Shown here: one piece after another, positions 41,091-58,266 of the stretch
How positions within the stretch are numbered: position 1 is the first letter of the stretch
How the letters are laid out: every line of letters begins with the position of its first letter
From: Eledone cirrhosa
Taxonomy: Eukaryota
Direction of reading: 5' to 3'
Length of the DNA: 64,000 nt
Assembly: GCA_964016885.1 (NCBI GenBank)
Contig: OZ024741.1
Location: 367,226,001 to 367,290,000, forward strand
The notes under the pieces: model-generated
The model's database searches: none
Told to the model about the DNA's origin: nothing
What the model saw: only the letters and a program-made list of their open reading frames with translations
Made by a program: the position numbers and the translations under genes

Positions 41091-43904
41091 TTATAATTGT
41101 GAGTCCAAAACTCTAATCATTAGACCATGCACTTTCAGTAACAAGCAATTCATTTTGTCAGACACTTCACAGGTGGTTGAGCAGCAGATAGACTTGTGAT
41201 CAAAAGCAATCTAGCCATGACTTCCTCGTATTTTCAAGACAACAGTTCATAGTTGGATAAATTTAATTATTGTCATGAATGAAGAAGCTAATGTTTTGTG
41301 GAGATGATCTTGGTTTGGAGTTTGATCTTCAGCTGAGAGAGAAAAAGAGAGAAGGAGAATGGTGGTCTTCTCACTTGAGCAGTGATCAGGGTATATTTAA
41401 GACTACATTATACAATGTCTTTCCATTTTTTTTTTGGGGGGGGGGGGGCGTTTTTAACTGCCTAAGAAAGTTGCTTGATAAATACATGCAATATATATGA
41501 ATGATTGTCATCAAGTAAAGAAGTTCAAAGACTTTCAAGTGGAAAGAGGCCATGGAAGAGGAAGACCAAGAAATGTGTAGGTAGAGGTAGTTAAAGCTGA
41601 TCTTAAGAAACTGAACCTCACAATAGAGATGACAAAGGAGAGGACTTGTCTTGATGATGCAAGCTTGGAAAAATGGATGTAAAAACACTTAATGATGATT
41701 AACTGTAGGATGTAGTATGAGGAATTTGGCTACTATTTCTAATAAGATGATCATCCTCATTCGAGGCTGTATATTGATGCTATGAAACATGGCATCCAAA
41801 TGCTCTAACGATACTGTCAATCAACTACAATAATAATTATAATCACAATAATTGTTTCTACTATAGGCACAAGGCCAGCAATTGGCAGTAGGGGAAAGTT
41901 GATTAAATTAACCCCATAATTATGCTGCATACTACCAATCCACCACCCTTTTGGCAGTATCGGTGGAGGGTCAGACACCATGCTTTCTAACATAGTTACG
42001 ACCCTTTACGGTCTGAGTTCAAATCCCGCTGAGGTTAGCTTTGTCTTTCATCCTTATGGGGTTGATAAATATTTTATTGACCCCTGTAAGGATGAAAGGC
42101 AAAGCTAACCTCAGCGGGGTTTGAACTCAGACCGTAAAGGGCCGTAACTCTATGCTGCAAAGCATAGCATCTGACCCTACACCGATACTGCCACCCCCCC
42201 CCCCTCTTATTATAATAATTGTTTCTACTTTTTGCACAAGGCCAGCAATTACCCAGTTTATTACTGGTACTTTATTTTATCGCCCCCGTAAGGATGAAAG
42301 ACAAAGTTAACCTCGGCAGAATGGCAAGGGCCGTAACTCTACACGTCAAAGCATGGTGTCCGACCCTCTACCGATACTGCCAATCCACCACCCTATGCTT
42401 TCTAATTTAGGCACTAGGCTAGCAATGGTATTTTCTCCAATGCTCTACCAATTCTGCCAATCCACATAATAAAATTTAAATAGGTCTTTTATATGATCAC
42501 AAGAATGAGCTTTTTTTTTAATCATTCGATTTGCTAGAAATAACAGCCAAATCTTCCTAAAATTTCCCTCTACTGTCTTAACCCATTAGCATTAAACTGG
42601 CTGTATCTCTCTGTTTCTGTTCAAACCGGTCTTAACTTGCTACTCATACTGATGTTAAGGTATTGTTCTCAAAATAAATAATACCGAAATCTCATAGATT
42701 CGATATTATGTGAGATAATTACCATATTTCCCAATGCCGAAGACGCCTCATCCTAATTTTGACAAACAAAAATTAAAAAAAACAAAAAAACAACAGGACA
42801 CATGGTAGATTTTTGAGACTTATTTTAGGAAAAAAGTAGCGTTTTCAATGCCAGGAAATACAGTAAATGAGATAAAGACTTTACCGTGAAAATATGTGTA
42901 TTTAAGATAATGTAATGCTGGATATACATTGATGATGGATCCTCCACCACATTTGATAACAAACAGTTGTTTAAACCACCTGAATGTCCAACCTATTAAA
43001 TAACATTGAAATGGTTGAGTATTCCACTGACACATAAACCTTTAATATAATTCCTAAACTAAATTAATGTGCCACAGTATGTGACAAAACTGGACTTTTA
43101 GATTACAATCCACCTGACAGGCTTCCATACAGTTTCCGTCCACCCAATTTCATTTATAAGGTCAACCTGATGCTATAGTAAATAAATACTTGCCCAAGAT
43201 GCCACACAGTGGAATTGAACCTGGGACCTTATGATTATGAAGCAAACTTTTTAAGCATTCATCCATTACATATTAAACAAAGATAGTGGTCATGGGTGGA
43301 ATGCTTTTGATCATACATAGTTCTGCTCCATCAGGGCTGACCTAGAACTAAACATATATCTTATTGAGTATGTTTAAAGTCAGCTAATCTTTACTGATCT
43401 GATCAACTTCCTTACTCATTTCCATTAACCTAATTTTTTCATAGGGAAATAATTTGATCTGTATGATGTCTAGAGTCTGACCAGACTATTCATAATTTGA
43501 ACATAATGGGTTAAGTGCCACAATTAGGAAAATGATTTAGTTATTGTGTTCTACTAAAGTATGTGTATTGTGAGAATGATAAAATCATTGTTGAGATAGA
43601 TATTTCTAGTATGAAGTTAATATTCTGGACATCTGTTGCTTCTTATTTAATTATTTCTGTCACTGTTCTGTTATCAGTTTGTTTTTGTAAGCAAGCCTCC
43701 TTCATAGAAAAGGGAGACATTCTGTGTGATATGTGAGTATGCTTACATATGTATGCTAGTGTGTGAATGTGTACAGAGCCAACCTTTGGATTCTTGACAT
43801 TCCCATTAGAAATATAAGCAAAATAAAAGAAAAGCTAAACTAGTGAAGCAATGACACAGAATCCCAACAATTAGGTAAATAGTTTAAAATTGTTTCAGAG
43901 TTGG

Positions 43905-44460
43905 ACTTGTTTGGCAAGTGACTTACTCTGATATGGTATGTATTTCACAAGTGACTTGATCTGAGATGGTGTGTGTTTGGCAGGTGACTTGATCTGACAT
44001 TATGTATATTTGACAAGTGACTTGATCTGAGATGGCTAATGTTTGGCAAGTGACTTACTCTGAGACAATATGTATTTGACAAGTGAATTAACCTGAGATG
44101 GTATGTATTTGGCAAGTGACTTGATCTGAGATGGTATGTATTTGGCAAGTGACTTGATCTGAGATGGTATATTTGGCAAGTGATTTGATCTGAGATGGTA
44201 TGTATTTGGCAAGTGACTTGATTTGAGATTGTATGTATTTGGCAAGTGACTTGATCTGAGATTGTATGTATTTGGCAAATATCTTGATCCAAGACGGTGT
44301 AGGTTTGGTAGGTGACTTGGTCTGACATTATGTATGTTTGATAAATGACTTGATCTGAGATGGTGTATCTTTGACAAGTGATTTGTTTTGAGGTGGTATG
44401 TGTTTGGAAGGTAACTTGATCTGAGATGTTATGCTTGGCAAGTGATTCTACATCTTGAGA
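43905..44460. repeat. 33-bp minisatellite
   Basis: Unit gtatttggcaagtgacttgatctgagatggtat, about 16 diverged copies. Confidence 0.9.
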
Positions 44461-47400
44461 GGTTGGAGATGTTGTCAGTGAGACAAGACATAGTAGGATA
44501 ACCATGCTTTGCTTATATATCCCATAATTTGGCATGAATTTTTACAGCTGGATGCCCTTCATAATGCCAATCACTTTACAGAGTGTACTAAATAAATTAT
44601 ATTAACATTTTTAAAGCTCTCTTGATACCAGCAAACTTGAAGGTTGCCTCTAGTTTTCTAATACTAACTCTCATGTTTTAAGAGTTTTATTGAAATTAAT
44701 AGCTTTAAAAATATAATTCCTGATTGACATATAGAACACTAGGAAATTTGAAACTATAGTTGCCACAATGCAGATAACTATAATAATAGTTGATTATTAA
44801 AAAAAAATTATTATTAACAGCCAGGTGGTCTTTTGACATAATGGTTAAACTCACTCATCATCATCACTGTTTTACGCCTGTTCTTCCACGTTAGCATGGG
44901 TTAGACGGGTTGTCCTGTTGTGGGCAGTGCCCGGTCGGCTGACCTTGCCTTGCTCATACGGGAACTGATTCTGGTTGATTTCTACAGCTGGATGCCCTTC
45001 CTAACACCAACCTCATTTACAGTGAGTGCTGGGTGCTTTATTGCCGTGGTACCTCCACGACCACTTTGCAGTGGAATGATAGGGAGCCCAGTCCTATCAT
45101 CTCATTTCTACAGCTGAGTAAACTGGAGCAATGTGAAATAAAGTGTCTTGCTCAAGGAAACAACGCATCACACGGTACAAGAATTGAACTCACAACCTTT
45201 CAATTGCAAGCCCAATGCTCTAACGACTAAGCCATGCGTCTTCACTAACCTGGCATATGAGAGATGCATTTTCAATTTACCACAGGCATCTCTGTCGACC
45301 ATTTTTTCCATCCCTAAGGGTATGTTATCTGATTTATTCAACTATTATTTATAGTTAACAAGAATTACTATAGTTATCCACTGGGGCACTGCATTGATTT
45401 AGTGAATCATATCAATCACAATATTATCCATCTCTTTTTTGTTTAACACAAAGTTACAGGGCATAAATGCAAACACATACACACAATTTTTTGCAGTTTC
45501 TATCAACTCAACGACGCTGTAGTAATAAACTCTTGCACATAGATGCCATACACCGAGACTGAACCCTGAACCCTGAACCACATGATTGTGAAGAGAACTC
45601 CTTAACCACACAGCTATTCTTGAGCCTGTTCATTCATTCTATTGTTACACCTATTACAATACCAATTTTTTCTTTAAAGCCCTAATCAGAAAATTTAAAG
45701 GTGCTTAGATTAGGTGTGTAGGGGGGCTAATCAATAAGGGTTCCTGACTCAGCATCGAAAACCTCAGGCAATTGTTTCACACATGTGAATATAAATGTGA
45801 TTCTTGGATATGTTGGAATTAAGCCAAAAGAAACCTTTGCCAAGTTTTCTTAAGTTAACCCCCTACCACACTTATAAAGCCTTCAGATCTTACAGCAGGA
45901 AGTTGGTGTATGTCTTATTATTTTAGAACTTAGAGGAGACTGGGTGTACTCACGATCTTCTTGTAGGAACTCCAACATTCTTTTTTTTTTTTTTTTTTTT
46001 TACTATCTAATCAGGAAAGGAAGATCACAGATGCTCTATCATTAGCTCACTGAGTCAGCAGGTGAAGTGTTTGAGTAATATGTAACATGACTAGGCCTTA
46101 GAATTACAACTCAATCTAATATCATGTTAACCGCCTAACGTGAATTAACTACTATAGCCTAGTCGCTCACGGGTAATTCAAGAGCTCGCATATTATGTCC
46201 GAATGAAAAAAAGATGCCGGAAAATCGGTGTTATACTGTACCAGTAGCAAATTATTTCGATTCTTTCAATTATACTCCATATGCATACAAACATTGCCAC
46301 TGCGCCTAGTCGAAAGTGTTTTATACTTCCTACGAAACGGTAAACCCGGCATTTAGAAAATGTCATTTTAACTATATCAGTTGCGGGAACGTGATTGATA
46401 GTCTTGTTCAGGTGTTTAACGGTTCAAACTCTATTGAAGGTAAATTTGTATCACTAACAATAGATCTCAAATAAGGAAAATGAAAATAGCTCGTTCGATT
46501 CACCGGGTTCATTTCGCATACATCTCTCATATATCCACACACACAGACGAGTCAACGAGATAACCTTAACATCAGAATACGCAATCAATCCGGCGAATCG
46601 AACAAGATATTTTCGAGGTCTATTTATTTGTCAATGACATCCCCGATATCTGCCTCTTATTAACACAAAGATAAAATTAGCATCAAACGATCATTTATTT
46701 CCTCCTCTTAATATTTCGAATTCAGTTGAATTCATCACCATTTGTTTTAGCCCCACAAACTCGAGAAGAGTAAGGGAGGCAGCAAATGAAATAAACGGAA
46801 TTCGAAACCGGATAGCAGATTCGTCACACCGGCAAGTCATACTCAAACACCTCACTAATATACTGGTGCCATTTAACCCTTTGAAGGAAGAAATTATTAT
46901 TATCATCTCTATGGATTCATACAAAAGGCGAAAGAGGAAAAAATATGAAAAAAAAGCGTAAGTGTGTAGTGTTATAGACAGTTATTTTTTTTTACAATAT
47001 AGTTAGTCTGCCAACACTGTCTAATGCTAATGAGACATATGTGATCGCCAGGTATGCAGAGCATGCGGTAAATTTTCTCTACTACCGTCGCCGAACACCT
47101 TTGATTAATAGAAGCTGAGAAAGGATTTCTCACGGGTGAAAACAAGAAGAAAAGAAAGTAATACGATGTGAGAAAGAGAGGGGGGGGGGGAGATGAAACT
47201 GAAAAGCAATTTGACTCAGGTATATGAGGGTTGCCGGAAAAAATAGACGAGGAACGGCGGAATACTTAGATGAAGGATGTTTCTCCGAATGTCAGTCATT
47301 AGACAGCTGAGGAGACACCACAAATACGTGTTTTTAGCTAAATATATAAATATACATCTCCATACAAATTTATACACACCTTCGACTTTATTTGTTCACA

Positions 47401-50400
47401 CACCCTCGCATTACAAATTTAAAAGTGAGCCAACATAGAAGCCTGTGGTCGCTCAACTTGCTAGAAATAACAGTTTTAAGACAGAGAAGGACACATCAGA
47501 TGATGCAGTCAGTCCTAGATACCCACGAAAAAACCGGATGGTCAAGGATAAAACAGAAGATGGTGGTCAAATTATCCAAGCCAGTTTGCCTCACTTGCCA
47601 ATAAAGCAATCATAGAGAGAGAGAAAAAAAATGAAAAAGTAATACCGGCTAATAAAGTAAATTTGTTGGGTTTTTTTCAGCTCATTTCAGAGGAGAGAAA
47701 AAGAAAAATATATAGTAAAAGCGAAGTTCAGATCACCCCCTATCTCTCTTTACCTCCACCACTTAGGGGATAAAAAGAGAGATAGTTTAATTATAACACT
47801 TACTACAATCAGATAAGTCTTACAGTCGGTGAAGATTAAGGATTGTTAAAATCAACAGCAATTACGAAGCCATACTTGCATCAACACAAAGTGCACATTG
47901 AGAAAGACAAGCAATAATACACCTAACACTAGAGAGAATAGCGGGGTTTTTTTTTGGGGGGGGGGGGGGGGTCTTGCTTTTTTTCCCCTGGACGAAGAAG
48001 GAGAAAGCATTAGTTGTTATATCAATCAAACTAACAGGATACAATTTATAATCTAGCATCCTTGTCAAATACTATCTCCGAGCTAACGAGATCGTTCAGT
48101 CAAGTAGAAATAGCAGCCAAGCCTTCCTCAAATCGCACCCCATCGTCTTGAATAAGGAAGTGACACATTATTCATTGTAGTCCATGGTATCACAAAATCG
48201 AGGATAGTCACAGTTGGAATGATTTTTTTAAAACCATAAGTCAGCTAGGTGTAGCCTAAACTAGAGCTGAAAAACGACCTCGTCAAATGATCCAACATGT
48301 GAGAAAAAAACGAAAAAGGATGGAGGTGTGCTTCTTGGACGACAATATCTCAAATTGATACTAAATTTTAAGTTACCGACAGTTCTCGTTAGTATAGTAG
48401 TAGTTCAGAAACTAGACAATCTCTTATATTCAATATAACTGTGTTTAAATTCAACCATATAAGATTTATATTTCGAGAGTCTCGTATTCAATTAAAAAGT
48501 AAATTAGATAATTATATGCTGTCTAATTACCTGTTATCCCCCACACCCACAAAAAACCCTGAAGAGTAAGCTAACTAATCAATACCCAATACTTGGTAGA
48601 TCGAATTAATATATGTATTAGGGGAACATGCTCGCTCGGAAGAGCTATACAATATATTTATATATATCTGCGACAAATTATGCGCGATATCTATGAGTAG
48701 TATGTATGCTTGTTATAATTTTAATTCAAAAGAAATTACTATTTGAAACCAAAGAAACGCGAAGTCCAAACGTTAGAACGAATGATAAAATGATTTTTGA
48801 AATGAGTAATATGGACTATTGTTAATGTGAAATGAAGCAACAGAAATAAGATCTAGTGAAGGAAGTGACAAAATGACGACCCCTTTGTAACTACTGGCTG
48901 ATGAGAAGAAAAAAAGAATACAAACAATAAAAGCGGGCAAACCGGCGACGGAAAGTCATCTGTAACCACTACTACTACTATTGTCAAATAGATCAACCTT
49001 CTCTTTACCACACCACTACCATCATTGTAAAAACGATAAAACTGTTTGCTGTGTTGTTTCTTCTTCAAATAGCTATTAAAGTAGGAGTGGGAAAACAATT
49101 GAAATAAATTCTCCTTAGATCCCTTCATTTATATACTCTGTAATACACTTGTTCGGTGTTCTTTTGTTTTTCTCGTGACTCTACCAGAATATTTGTCATA
49201 AGAGGTGAAAATGAAAGGGGGGAGTGTATGAATGAGATTAGAATAGGGTGCATGCAGCTTTACAAAAAAAAACCCAAAAAACTATGTAGTGTTAAAAGGT
49301 GAGAATAAAAACCGGCATAGATGAAATTTTCACCAACTGTCAGCGAAGTAATTATCGTTGGTTCAGTTGAACAAACCAAATGATTATTAAAATACAGATA
49401 ATTGAATACATCTCTCACCTCCATACACATATTTAATTAAGCTACCTCATTAAATGTGTGTATATATAGTTCGTGTATATGTGTGTGTGTGTGTGTGTGT
49501 GTAGAGCAGTGACGTTGGACTAGGAGAAAATGACAATTCATTTTCATTCGTGAAATAGCAGTTTATATATAGCAAACAAAAAAGCGGAAAATATAATATA
49601 AAGAAATATAAGGCACAAATAATGTATGCAAATAATTATTGCCCTTCTACACACGAAATCTGTTTGCTGCAGTGGTAAGACAGTAGGGAGAACACTATCA
49701 TCCCCGTTCCCTTATTTTATTTTACTTTCTTTTGTACTAAAGCGAAGTGGGGAAAGAAACAACAATAGCAGCAACAACAACAAGAACAGGGCATGATAGA
49801 TTAAGGATAGATAATTTAGATAAAAATAATATTCAAAAATAGAACAGCAGCAACATTGTACTATACGTATTAAGTACGAAGTAATTTAAAATTCAAAATT
49901 ATATGCCAAAAGAAGATAGTGAGAAATGACAAATTCAAATTGTCTGGTTCGATATATATATATATATATATAGATATATAGATAGATAGATATGTGTGTG
50001 TGTGTGTGTAAAAGTATGAGTGGGAAGGTTTAGTTTAATAATCGATTTGATCGAATTTGATATTATATTGCGTTTGTCATGTTATAAGGTGGGGAATTAA
50101 CTTTTTAAAGAACTTCAATTGTGGAAGAGGACTACTCATACAATATATATATACATACATATATACATTATGTATGTTTGTGTTTGTGATCTATTGTGTA
50201 TTGTTTGACGTTATTAAAAACGACTTAGCAATTCAAGCAGAAACAAAACAAACTAATCAACAACAAAAAAGGGAAAAACGCACAATCGAACGATGATAGA
50301 ATAATTAATTTAAAATGTACAAATAACAACAAAAAACGGGATCGGAAAAATCAACCAAATTAAGGAACAGAGAAAGAAGCCTTATGTAAATGGTGAAGAC

Positions 50401-50412
50401 AAAAAAACTTAC

Positions 50413-50490
50413 TGCATCAAAAACCTCTTGTATCTCTTCTCTCTGGTCGGCAGTTAAAGTAACAGATCGCCGGCTGCCTATATCGGCCAT
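50413..50490 (-). CDS. First coding exon of an EF-hand calcium-binding protein (plastin/fimbrin- or calmodulin/centrin-like N-terminus)
   Basis: atcATGGCC start; 26 codons MADIGSRRSVTLTADQREEIQEVFDA fit the LT.EQ.EEI.E.F helix entering an EF-hand; consensus donor GCA|GTAAGT (phase 0); non-repetitive CpG-retaining context. Family assignment is an inference from 26 aa only. Confidence 0.8.
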
Positions 50491-50554
50491 GATTATCCTG
50501 TGTATGTTGGTCGGTGCGACTGACTGATTATTATTTTGTCAGTCCAGCAGCAAT

Positions 50555-50660
50555 TCGACAGTACTGTGCGACGACGTGTCACGCGCTCCAAAATATTATA
50601 CAAGTTCTAATTTTCCTTTTTAGGAAGTCATTAATATGCAAAGAGGGCGTGGCTCGGCTA
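50555..50660 (-). promoter_or_regulatory. Candidate core promoter of the EF-hand gene
   Basis: On the minus strand: GC/KLF box gccacgccc (about 50645-53), TATA-like tataatatt (about 50592-600) and Inr-like acagta about 30 nt downstream; CpG-rich. Confidence 0.4.
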
Positions 50661-52914
50661 AACAACGATTGATAGAAGTTTAGAGAAATAGGGAAGTGTG
50701 TGAGAGATAGATAAATAGAGAGAGGTGGGGTGGGTGAAAAATCTAGGAAGAAGACAAAGCAGAGACAGATAGACAGATAAGAAAAAACACAAAGGAGAAA
50801 TAGAGAGATATAGAGACAAGAGAATTTTGAAAGAGAAAAATAATTGTTTCTACTTTTTGGCACAAGGCCAGCAATTATCCCAGTACATTACTGGTACTTT
50901 ATTTTATCGACCCCGTAAGGATGAAAGGCAAAGTTAACCTCGGCGGGAATTGAACTCAGATCGTAAAAGAAGAACGAATCACTGAGTTTAATTAGCTAGT
51001 GATGATAGATAATTACGGATAATGAAAGAGATGAGGAAAGGAGAAGAAAAAAGAAAGTGACAAACAAAGAGATGAAAAAGAGTGAGAGAATATACGTTAA
51101 CAGAATATACGCTATTATCGTCGTCGCCAATACTATTATAGTATATTGTAGTATCTTACTATTTGTCACTGACGTGTTGGCTAAAAGTGTTACAATTCAG
51201 TTTTCTTCAACTACTGATGAGTACCATGCCTATGTTAGAAGTACTATATAGTAACGATCGCTGAGATATGTTAATCAGCCGGCGAATGGCTTATACGATC
51301 TGATTTCGATTCCTGGTTAACCCCACATGAGATCGATGACATTGCCAATAATGCTCTTGGGAGTGGAATGACTATCACAAAATCATTTTTTTTTTTTTTT
51401 TAGCCGTTTTTCGCCATGAAGTGGTGTGCCTTTCAAACGAAACCACTGTTCGTAGAAAGTACTATAGAAGAGAGAAATATTGGCAAGCTGGGTGGAGATA
51501 AAGGTTTGAGCATCGGTTGCAACCATTTTACTGACATCGTTAATCCTTTAAACTTTTCGATCTTCATCTAAATGTTGAGAAACAATAACTGGCACTCTCT
51601 TGCCCATGACCCACGTGCTGGATCCTTCTACATCTTCTACCATTACTACAATGGTCTCTGCCCCTTGGTGTTTGTTGAACTCATTCCACCTCTGTTTCGG
51701 CATTACCGACTCACACGTCTCTTCTTATCTTGTCGTCCATGTTATGTTAAACTACCCATGCTGTACACTATCTACTATGCTCAGTCTTTACTGTCCAGAA
51801 CACCGGTCATTTAGGACTTCCCCTTGTTCGTGTCTTTCCTAAAGGAGCAGACCTGCAACAATGTAAACAGAATATCAACAACATCAATCTCTTCAGTCTT
51901 GGAGAGCCTATGAAAGTCATAAGCACTGTTCCATTCTCTAGACATGCGAAATAAACAAAAACTCTGACGTTTTACACAATATGTTCAAATTTCACCGACG
52001 GTATATGAGTAATATTGGCTTGGTTTAAGCCAATCGATTCGAGTTGCCCACCAACACATTTCTAGCCTATCGTTCACCTTATACATGCTGTCTCCTCACT
52101 ATCTTTTCTATCGTTACTACATTGGCCTCTACTCCTCGGATGTAGCTGGCTGGTCTCAGCATCACCCCCACTCACTCTCATTCGACTCATCACCTATCTC
52201 TCGTCAAACATATTACGTCTGCCTCTTCTCCCTTCCCACAAGGCTCGCACTAACCACTGCGTCCAATTCTTCGTTAGAGCGCCAGATTAGATGCGAAATG
52301 CCTTAATATTTGTTCTGACTCTCTAAGTCAGTTTTATTGTTCATCATTTTGGCGTCGATAAATAAAGAATATGTCCAAAATTGTTAAAAGGTTGTGCAGG
52401 ATGCTTTGCGATATATGATCCAGCTCTGTGAATTATAAGCTTAACTTTCGCCTCCTTCTGTTCGGATTTGCGACCGGCAAATAGTATCAGCAATGGAAAG
52501 ACCAATGGAAACATTGTTTCCTTGGATGGATTTAACCATCGGTACGTTTTCTTCCCTTTTAAACTTGAAGGTGCACGACTTAGGGGTAGGGTGTTGACTT
52601 CACAATTGTAAGTTCGTGAGTTAGAACCCAGGATCGGAAAGCGTATTGTGTCCTTGAGCAAGACATTTTATTTCATCTTGCTCGGGTCAGCTGAAACATG
52701 AGTACCAACAGCAGCTGCAGCAGTTGGGTATTAACCCTGAGACAGAATGACATCTCGTCCAAGAGGAGTTTTATACTCTCAGTCGCTAAACGACGTGTGA
52801 AGCTCCGGCCTGACGAGTATCTAGGGTGGAGAAAGACTAACTTAACAAATCTTATTTTCAGAGAATGCATTAGGACTATTAGTCAAATTTGTCCTGACAT
52901 CTTGAAATGGTAAT

Positions 52915-55386
<2,472 letters not shown>

Positions 55387-55841
55387 ACACTTGGGAAAAT
55401 TAACAAAGAGAGGACAAGACAACGAACGAAAACAAGGCAAAACGAAAATCAATTCTTTAAGGGGAACTTTAAAAAAATATTTTTAAAAATACAAACGAAA
55501 GACATAGTACTCTAGGGTCATCAGTCGTTGAAATGGACTTTGGCAGTTTCGACCCCTACCAACGGTACTGCTGGTCCACTCGAGGTCACAGCGTCTGACA
55601 AAACCAAAACGCTGTCCAAGGGATTAAGAGACGAGAGATAAAACATTAATTTATACCAGTTAACAAGTACTCATAGAATTTTATGCGACGTCAGGAAAAA
55701 AGTAGTGGCTCTTATAGCACGTAAGTCTTAGGGATGAAACTAAGGAAAGGAAAAGAAGAAGGAAAGGAAAGGAAGAAAAAAGCAAGAAGAAGAAAGTAAG
55801 ATAACGTGTTAAAACTGTAAACCATTGAAATTAATGGGGGA

Positions 55842-55886
<45 letters not shown>

Positions 55887-55993
55887 AAAAATTTCAGGAC
55901 CCCGACTGCAGAGCTCAAGCCGTTTCGACGGCTATTTCTGATTTCTGGACTGGTGCGTTATGGTCCACCTGGTTCCTTACCACACTTCCTTCG

Positions 55994-56138
<145 letters not shown>

Positions 56139-56230
56139 AAACACTGGAAGGTAATATCCGTAGTGGTAGAGCACTCAGTCCATGGGACGAGTTTGGTAGA
56201 AGTAGTAACACAACAGTTAGTTCACCATAC

Positions 56231-56269
56231 CGAGAACAATTGTTTCACCTTATGCGGATCTTCAGCTCG
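56231..56269 (-). ncRNA. Minimal hammerhead ribozyme in palindrome 56201-56352; mutated GAAG copy on + at 56284-56322
   Basis: cgag CTGAAGA tccgcataaggt GAAA caattg TT ctcg: stem I cgag/ctcg, palindromic stem III acaattgt, weak stem II. Confidence 0.65.
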
Positions 56270-56939
56270 TACTCGTACCAACACGAACTGAAGATCCGCA
56301 TAAGGTGAAGCAATTGTTCTTGGTATGGTGAACTAACTGTTGTGTTACTACTTATATATAGCGAAATCTCGACTCATTTTCCCACGGTGGTTTTCTTAGG
56401 TCTGCCACAGACGACCACCTTACGACTGACCAACGATCTCAGAGCCACAACTTTACTTAACGTTTCCTGTTTGGAATGACTAACGGCGCCAATTGTACGC
56501 AGAGAGAATAATAGTTAAATTCCCCTTGTGGAAGGGCAGTCTGCTTCTCGACTCTGAGAGAGCCACTTTGGTCATTTAGCCTTGCTGGGATTAGCACTAG
56601 CTGAGAGAGTTACCAACATAAGTTAGTGAATATTACTACATTTACACACATAACATACTACAACTATACTACCAGTAATACTACTCTGGTGATGCCCGGG
56701 ACAAATCTTGATTGTATGCCCCAAAGACTCAAGTATAAGGCCTAATATACTGAGAAATATTATGAGAAAGGAAAACATTTTGAACATATAAACACAGATG
56801 AAATATGAAATAAACGCTTTATTCGATTTTAATATAAATCAATCAAATTTATTAAGTTTTTTTCCCCCAAATGATGCCCCCATCCAAAGGATGCCCGAGG
56901 CCAACGCATCGTCGCCACCCCCACCCCTCTCTGAACGCT

Positions 56940-57130
56940 ACAATTTTTCGTTGTTCATTACCGCACATGATTTCAAAGTAAATCATGTTAACATTAAAAT
57001 TAGCAGTGGCTTGTTCATTTGTTAATTCTTATATACGTGATTTGAAGAAATAATCTTCTCCATGGTAATATCACTTCACACCACAACTGAGTACAATTTC
57101 TTGTTTCCTTAAAGATGGCAAAACTTCTTT
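56940..57130 (+). repeat. Dispersed repeat, second copy at 59325-59510
   Basis: gcacatga(t/c)ttcaaagtaaatcatg...acattaaaattagcagtg...catttgttaattcttat...atggcaaaacttct at both sites. Confidence 0.8.
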
Positions 57131-58266
57131 TGACACACTAAGACAAACTTCACTAACTCATTTGTCATTAATCACGAACAAGTTACTCATACATCAACTT
57201 CATACTTTATCACTACTACTACTATTACAAATGAACGAATCAACCAGGCCACAACGACAACAATCGATCCAAAATTCACCACAACCTCATTTTAACCGCT
57301 GCTATATTGGTAACTCGACGTTAGAAAAGAACTCGCAGTCTTCACACACGTTTAAATTGTTGACTGGACGACGCTTGAGTCAGAACAGTTTTACAAACAT
57401 GGACATTTCTGATAGGCTCAACAAACAAAAAACAACACAGAACGTATAACGACACAAACCTTGATGAACTCGACCTTCATCAAAATATAGCAGTATGTCC
57501 CAAACATAAAATTGTTACATCCCAGAGATATTGATGTCAATCGATTAACACTATAACTACAGCAGCAGTAACAACAACATATGTGACAACAATTTATGCA
57601 GCTATAACAACAACAAAAAACATCTGTGGCAACAGCAATGGCAACAACAAGTTATATAGCAATAACAACAGTAACATATGTGACTGTGAAAACAGATTCA
57701 TTCAAGAAAAGCACTCGTGCACACAAGAATTGTATTGAACACTATTTAAAAAGAGAGCTGTTATGTTTTTTATATAATTGTTTGATTTTTCTTCACCCTT
57801 ATTGTATCATTCTGTCTCTTGCATGAAATTTGTTTTATGTTTACACACATTCTCACACATTACCACAAGCAATTCTAAATTGTATTTTTACACACTCACA
57901 TGTATGCAAAATGAATTCTGTTGAGTATTACGAGATAACCTTTTTCTCTTCTTCTGTTTCACATCCCACTAGTTTTGAAGTAAGTGAATAGCTTTCGGAT
58001 CACAACAGCCTAGACTCAAAGAGGCTCAAAAATGGAAACGAATTTAACAGACGCACATGTTACTTGCAGTTGCATACAACGCCGATAGCTATACTTCAAT
58101 CTAGTCACACATTCCCAACTCACTACAGAATTCCCATTTGTTTTTATATCTTTTTTTTTTTGTGTGTTTTACTTTTTTCTTTCAACATATATAGAGTGAC
58201 TCAAGGCGCCATATAATTAAGACCAACATAGATCTCGATCCCACATTTTTCAATCATATTCTAGCA

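Noticed and set aside
43945-44535. 196-aa ORF with apparent signal peptide and 11-aa repeats
   Set aside because: Derived from a 33-bp minisatellite with frame-shifting units and begins at a SINE fragment; no splice or expression support visible.
50305-50412. ORF continuation VSFFVFTIY... after the EF-hand exon
   Set aside because: Reads through a consensus GTAAGT donor into T-rich intron.
51210-51255. CTGATGA-gtac...gtac hammerhead-like start
   Set aside because: No GAAA after the putative stem II; core incomplete.
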